Source: an uncultured bacterium (GTDB taxonomy: Bacteria > Omnitrophota > Gorgyraeia > Duberdicusellales > CBEUCJ01). Taken from it: a stretch of DNA of 64,000 nucleotides. The notes below the pieces were generated by a model, which was not told the origin of the DNA, searched no databases, and saw only the letters and a program-made list of their open reading frames with translations. The translations under genes were made by a program, and so were the position numbers. Below, piece after piece: positions 60,987-64,000 of the stretch; position 1 is the stretch's first letter, and each line of letters starts with the position of its first letter. The stretch lies in NCBI GenBank assembly GCA_965541615.1, contig CBEUCJ010000001.1:259754-323753 (forward strand), given 5' to 3'.

Positions 60987-61946
60987 TTGTTTTTAGATCA
61001 AGTAATAATAAAAGTAAAAGCAGGTGATGGTGGAAAAGGATGTGAAAGTTTTAAAAAACTTTCCTATAAAAAAAAGATACCCACAGGTGGAGATGGTGGT
61101 AAAGGGGGAGATGTAATTGTAAAAGCTGTATCTCAAAGACTTACTTTAATAGATTTCTGGTATAAAAATTTTTTAAAAGCTGAATCTGGGAAACCTGGTG
61201 GCCCAAATTATAAAAAAGGAAGAGATGGTAAAGATTTGATAATAGAAGTCCCTCCAGGTACCATTGTAAAAGATTTAAAAAGAAATGTAATTTTAGGAGA
61301 TTTAAAAGAAGGTCAAATAATTAAAATAGCTAAAGGTGGCAGAGGTGGTAGAGGTAATGCAAGATTTTTATTCGCTGAAGAAGGTCAAAAAGGCCAAGAA
61401 AAAGAAATCCTTTTAGAATTAAAATTAATAGCCCAAGTAGGTTTAATTGGTTTTCCTAATGCTGGAAAGTCTACTTTGATAAATGCCTTGTGTAGAACCT
61501 CTTCAAAAGTAGGTTCTTATCCTTTTACTACCAAATCTCCTGTAATAGGAATTTTTGAATATAAAGATAAAAAAATAAGTATAGCAGATCTACCAGGTAT
61601 AATTAAAGGAGCTCATTTAGGTAAAGGTTTGGGGATAAGATTTTTAAAACATATTGAAAGGACTCAAATTTTAGTCTTTGTGTTAGACCCTTCTCCTTTT
61701 CAGAATTTAAATTTAGTTGAACAGTTAGAGGTTCTTAGAGATGAGTTAAGAAATTATAAATTTGATTTAGAAAAGAGAAAGTATATAATTTGTATAAATA
61801 AAATAGACTTAAATGTAAGAAAAGAGATTCAGACTTTTAAAAGAAATTTTAAAGAAGAAGTAATATTGATTTCAGCCTTAAAAAAGAAAGGTTTAGAAAA
61901 GTTAAAAAGGAAAATTTTAGAGTTGCTGAATGAAGATAGTAATTAA
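60987..61946 (+). CDS. obgE: GTPase ObgE (short)
   Basis: AGDGGKG Gly-rich Obg domain, GFPNAGKST, YPFTT, DLPG, NKID. Confidence 0.93.
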   Translation: MFLDQVIIKVKAGDGGKGCESFKKLSYKKKIPTGGDGGKGGDVIVKAVSQRLTLIDFWYKNFLKAESGKPGGPNYKKGRDGKDLIIEVPPGTIVKDLKRNVILGDLKEGQIIKIAKGGRGGRGNARFLFAEEGQKGQEKEILLELKLIAQVGLIGFPNAGKSTLINALCRTSSKVGSYPFTTKSPVIGIFEYKDKKISIADLPGIIKGAHLGKGLGIRFLKHIERTQILVFVLDPSPFQNLNLVEQLEVLRDELRNYKFDLEKRKYIICINKIDLNVRKEIQTFKRNFKEEVILISALKKKGLEKLKRKILELLNEDSN

Positions 61947-62970
61947 GATAGGTTCATCTGTAATATATAGAGAAGAGAAAATAAGAGAAGATATTTTGAA
62001 AAATCTAATAACCCAAATAGTTAAGTTACAAGATTTAGGTTATAAAGTATTTTTGGTAAGTTCAGGAGCTATAGCTTTAGGAGCAAACTTTTACAACTTT
62101 AAAAATAGACCTAAAAAACTTTCTCAACTTCAAAGCTGCGCAGCTGTAGGTCAAGTTTTATTAATGCAACTTTATAATAAACTACTTTCACCTTTTGAAA
62201 GAATATCTGCTCAAGTTTTGTTAACTTGGGATGATTTTAAGTGTCGCAAGAGGTTTATAAATGCTAAAAATACACTCTTAGAACTAACAAAGAGAAAAAC
62301 TCTCCCTATAATAAATGAAAACGATACTGTTAGTGTAGAAGAGATACAATTTGGAGATAATGATAAACTTTCAGCTCTGGTAGCTTGTTTGGTAGATGCA
62401 ACCAGATTACTAATAATTACAGATGTAGAAGGTTTATATGTAAGAGGAGAATTGGTAAAGGAAGTAAAAGATATAAATGAAGATTTACTTAAGTATTGCA
62501 AAGAAAAAAATTATGGGATGAGAGTAGGAGGTATGAAGAGTAAAATAGAAGCTGCAAAGTTAGCTACAGAAGCAGGTATAAAGGTAGATATCGTTAGCTT
62601 TTCAAAACCTGAAGTAATTTTAAATACAGTAACTAAAGATGAGATTTTAGGTACAAGATTTTATCCAAAGATTAAGTTAAAAAGTATAAAAAGATGGATA
62701 GCTTTTGGGAGTGTGCCTTGTGGGAAAATATTTGTAGATGAAGGTGCAAAAAGAGCTTTGACAGAAAGAAATTCAAGTCTGCTCCTTCCAGGGATAATAA
62801 AGATAGAAGGTGATTTTAAAGAAAAAGATGTAGTAGAGGTATTAGATACCCAAGGAACTTGCTTTGCTAAAGGTCAAGTTAATTTTTCTGCAGAGTTTTT
62901 AAAGAGGAACATGAAGAAAAAAAAGTTAGATAAAGAAGTTATCCACAGAGATTATTTAGTTATTCTCTAA
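61930..62970 (+). CDS. proB: Glutamate 5-kinase with PUA domain
   Basis: VIKIGSS, VSSGAI, INENDTV, FGDND.LSA, GGM.SK. Confidence 0.95.
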   Translation: MKIVIKIGSSVIYREEKIREDILKNLITQIVKLQDLGYKVFLVSSGAIALGANFYNFKNRPKKLSQLQSCAAVGQVLLMQLYNKLLSPFERISAQVLLTWDDFKCRKRFINAKNTLLELTKRKTLPIINENDTVSVEEIQFGDNDKLSALVACLVDATRLLIITDVEGLYVRGELVKEVKDINEDLLKYCKEKNYGMRVGGMKSKIEAAKLATEAGIKVDIVSFSKPEVILNTVTKDEILGTRFYPKIKLKSIKRWIAFGSVPCGKIFVDEGAKRALTERNSSLLLPGIIKIEGDFKEKDVVEVLDTQGTCFAKGQVNFSAEFLKRNMKKKKLDKEVIHRDYLVIL

Positions 62971-62986
62971 AAGAAGGAGGTCAATA

Positions 62987-64000
62987 ATGCAAACATTAAA
63001 GAAAAAAATTTTAGAGTTAGCAAAGAGAGTAAAAGAAGCTCAAAAGTATCTATATAAAATTTCTGAAGATACAAAAGATCAAATTCTTAAAGAAATGGCT
63101 CAGAGATTAAAAGAAAATAAAGAGATGTTGTTAAGAGAGAATGAAAAGGATGTAAAAAAAGCTAAGAAAGATAAGATGCCATCTAGTTTCATAGATAGGT
63201 TGGTTTTAAACGAGAAAAGAATAGAAGCAATGAGTAAAAGCTTGGAAGAAATTTCTAATCTAAGATCTCCAGTAGGAGAGATAATTAAGGGATGGGAAAG
63301 ACCAAACAGATTAAAGATTCAGAAAGTAAGGGTCCCAATAGGAGTTATTTTAATAATTTATGAAGCAAGACCTACTGTAACTTCAGATTGTATAGGTTTG
63401 TGTTTTAAGACATCGAATGGCTTAATCTTGAGAGGCTCTTCACATGCTTTAAATTCAAATTTAGCTATTGTAAAAGTTTTAAAACAAGTATTAGTAGAAA
63501 AAGGATTTAAAAAAGATTTTTTTGCTTATGTACCTTTTAAAGAAAGAGAAGCAGTAAAGATATTATTAAGTTGCAAAGAATATATAGATTTAGTTATTCC
63601 AAGAGGAGGAGAATCTTTAATTAAGGCTATAGAGAAAATGAGTAAGATTCCAGTTATAAAGCATTATAAAGGAGTCTGCCACATATATGTAGATAAGTTT
63701 GCAAATATAGATATAGCTTTGAAAGTATGTTTTAATGCTAAAGTCCAGAGACCTTCTGTGTGCAATGCAGTAGAAACTTTATTAGTACACAAAGATATAG
63801 CTAAAAAATTTTTACCTTTAATAGCTCAAAAATTCAAAGAAGCCAAAGTAGTTTTGAAAGGATGTCCAAAGACCAAAAAGATATTGACAGATATAGAACG
63901 TGCTGCTCAAAAAGATTGGTATACAGAGTATTTGGACCTAATTATCTCCATAAAAGTTGTAGATTCTTTAGAGGAGGCTATAGACCATATAAATACTTAT
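62987..64000 (+). CDS. proA: Gamma-glutamyl phosphate reductase (3'-truncated by window edge)
   Basis: RBS AGGAGG; manual translation gives RVPIGVI.IIYEARP, IPRGG, GVCHIYVD, RPSVCNAVETLLVH. Confidence 0.93.
   Translation, partial: MQTLKKKILELAKRVKEAQKYLYKISEDTKDQILKEMAQRLKENKEMLLRENEKDVKKAKKDKMPSSFIDRLVLNEKRIEAMSKSLEEISNLRSPVGEIIKGWERPNRLKIQKVRVPIGVILIIYEARPTVTSDCIGLCFKTSNGLILRGSSHALNSNLAIVKVLKQVLVEKGFKKDFFAYVPFKEREAVKILLSCKEYIDLVIPRGGESLIKAIEKMSKIPVIKHYKGVCHIYVDKFANIDIALKVCFNAKVQRPSVCNAVETLLVHKDIAKKFLPLIAQKFKEAKVVLKGCPKTKKILTDIERAAQKDWYTEYLDLIISIKVVDSLEEAIDHINTY

Overview
AT-rich bacterial chromosome segment from a diderm (bamA, skp, lpxD, lpxC-fabZ fusion, lpxA, lpxI). Gene order and a Zn-ribbon SpoVG suggest a PVC-related lineage such as Ca. 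Omnitrophota; this is inference. Every credible gene over the 64 kb is on the + strand and tightly packed. Contents: a lipid/envelope cluster, hisG, split transketolase, the ispE-spoVG-glmU-prs-rplY-pth-rpsF-ssb-rpsR-rplI-dnaB block, lipid A genes, an archaeal-type rnhB/archease/rtcB block, serS, miaB/miaA/hflX, a large heat-shock region (HspR-like, hsp20, rhomboid, clpB, hpf, hrcA, grpE, dnaK, dnaJ, two perfect CIRCE operators), two two-component systems, a minor-pilin cluster, eno, ftsB, rplU-obgE-proB-proA, and 7 tRNAs. No mobile element or CRISPR array was seen. Main unexplained signals: (1) a perfect 23-bp inverted repeat bracketing hsp20, built from the spacer and right arm of its CIRCE operator; (2) an unannotated, independently transcribed 34-aa histone-H1-like microprotein; (3) ftsB whose stop codon lies inside an atypical initiator tRNA; (4) archaeal-type DnaK and RNase HII; (5) no rpmA between rplU and obgE; (6) a radical SAM enzyme in a lipid-remodelling cluster.
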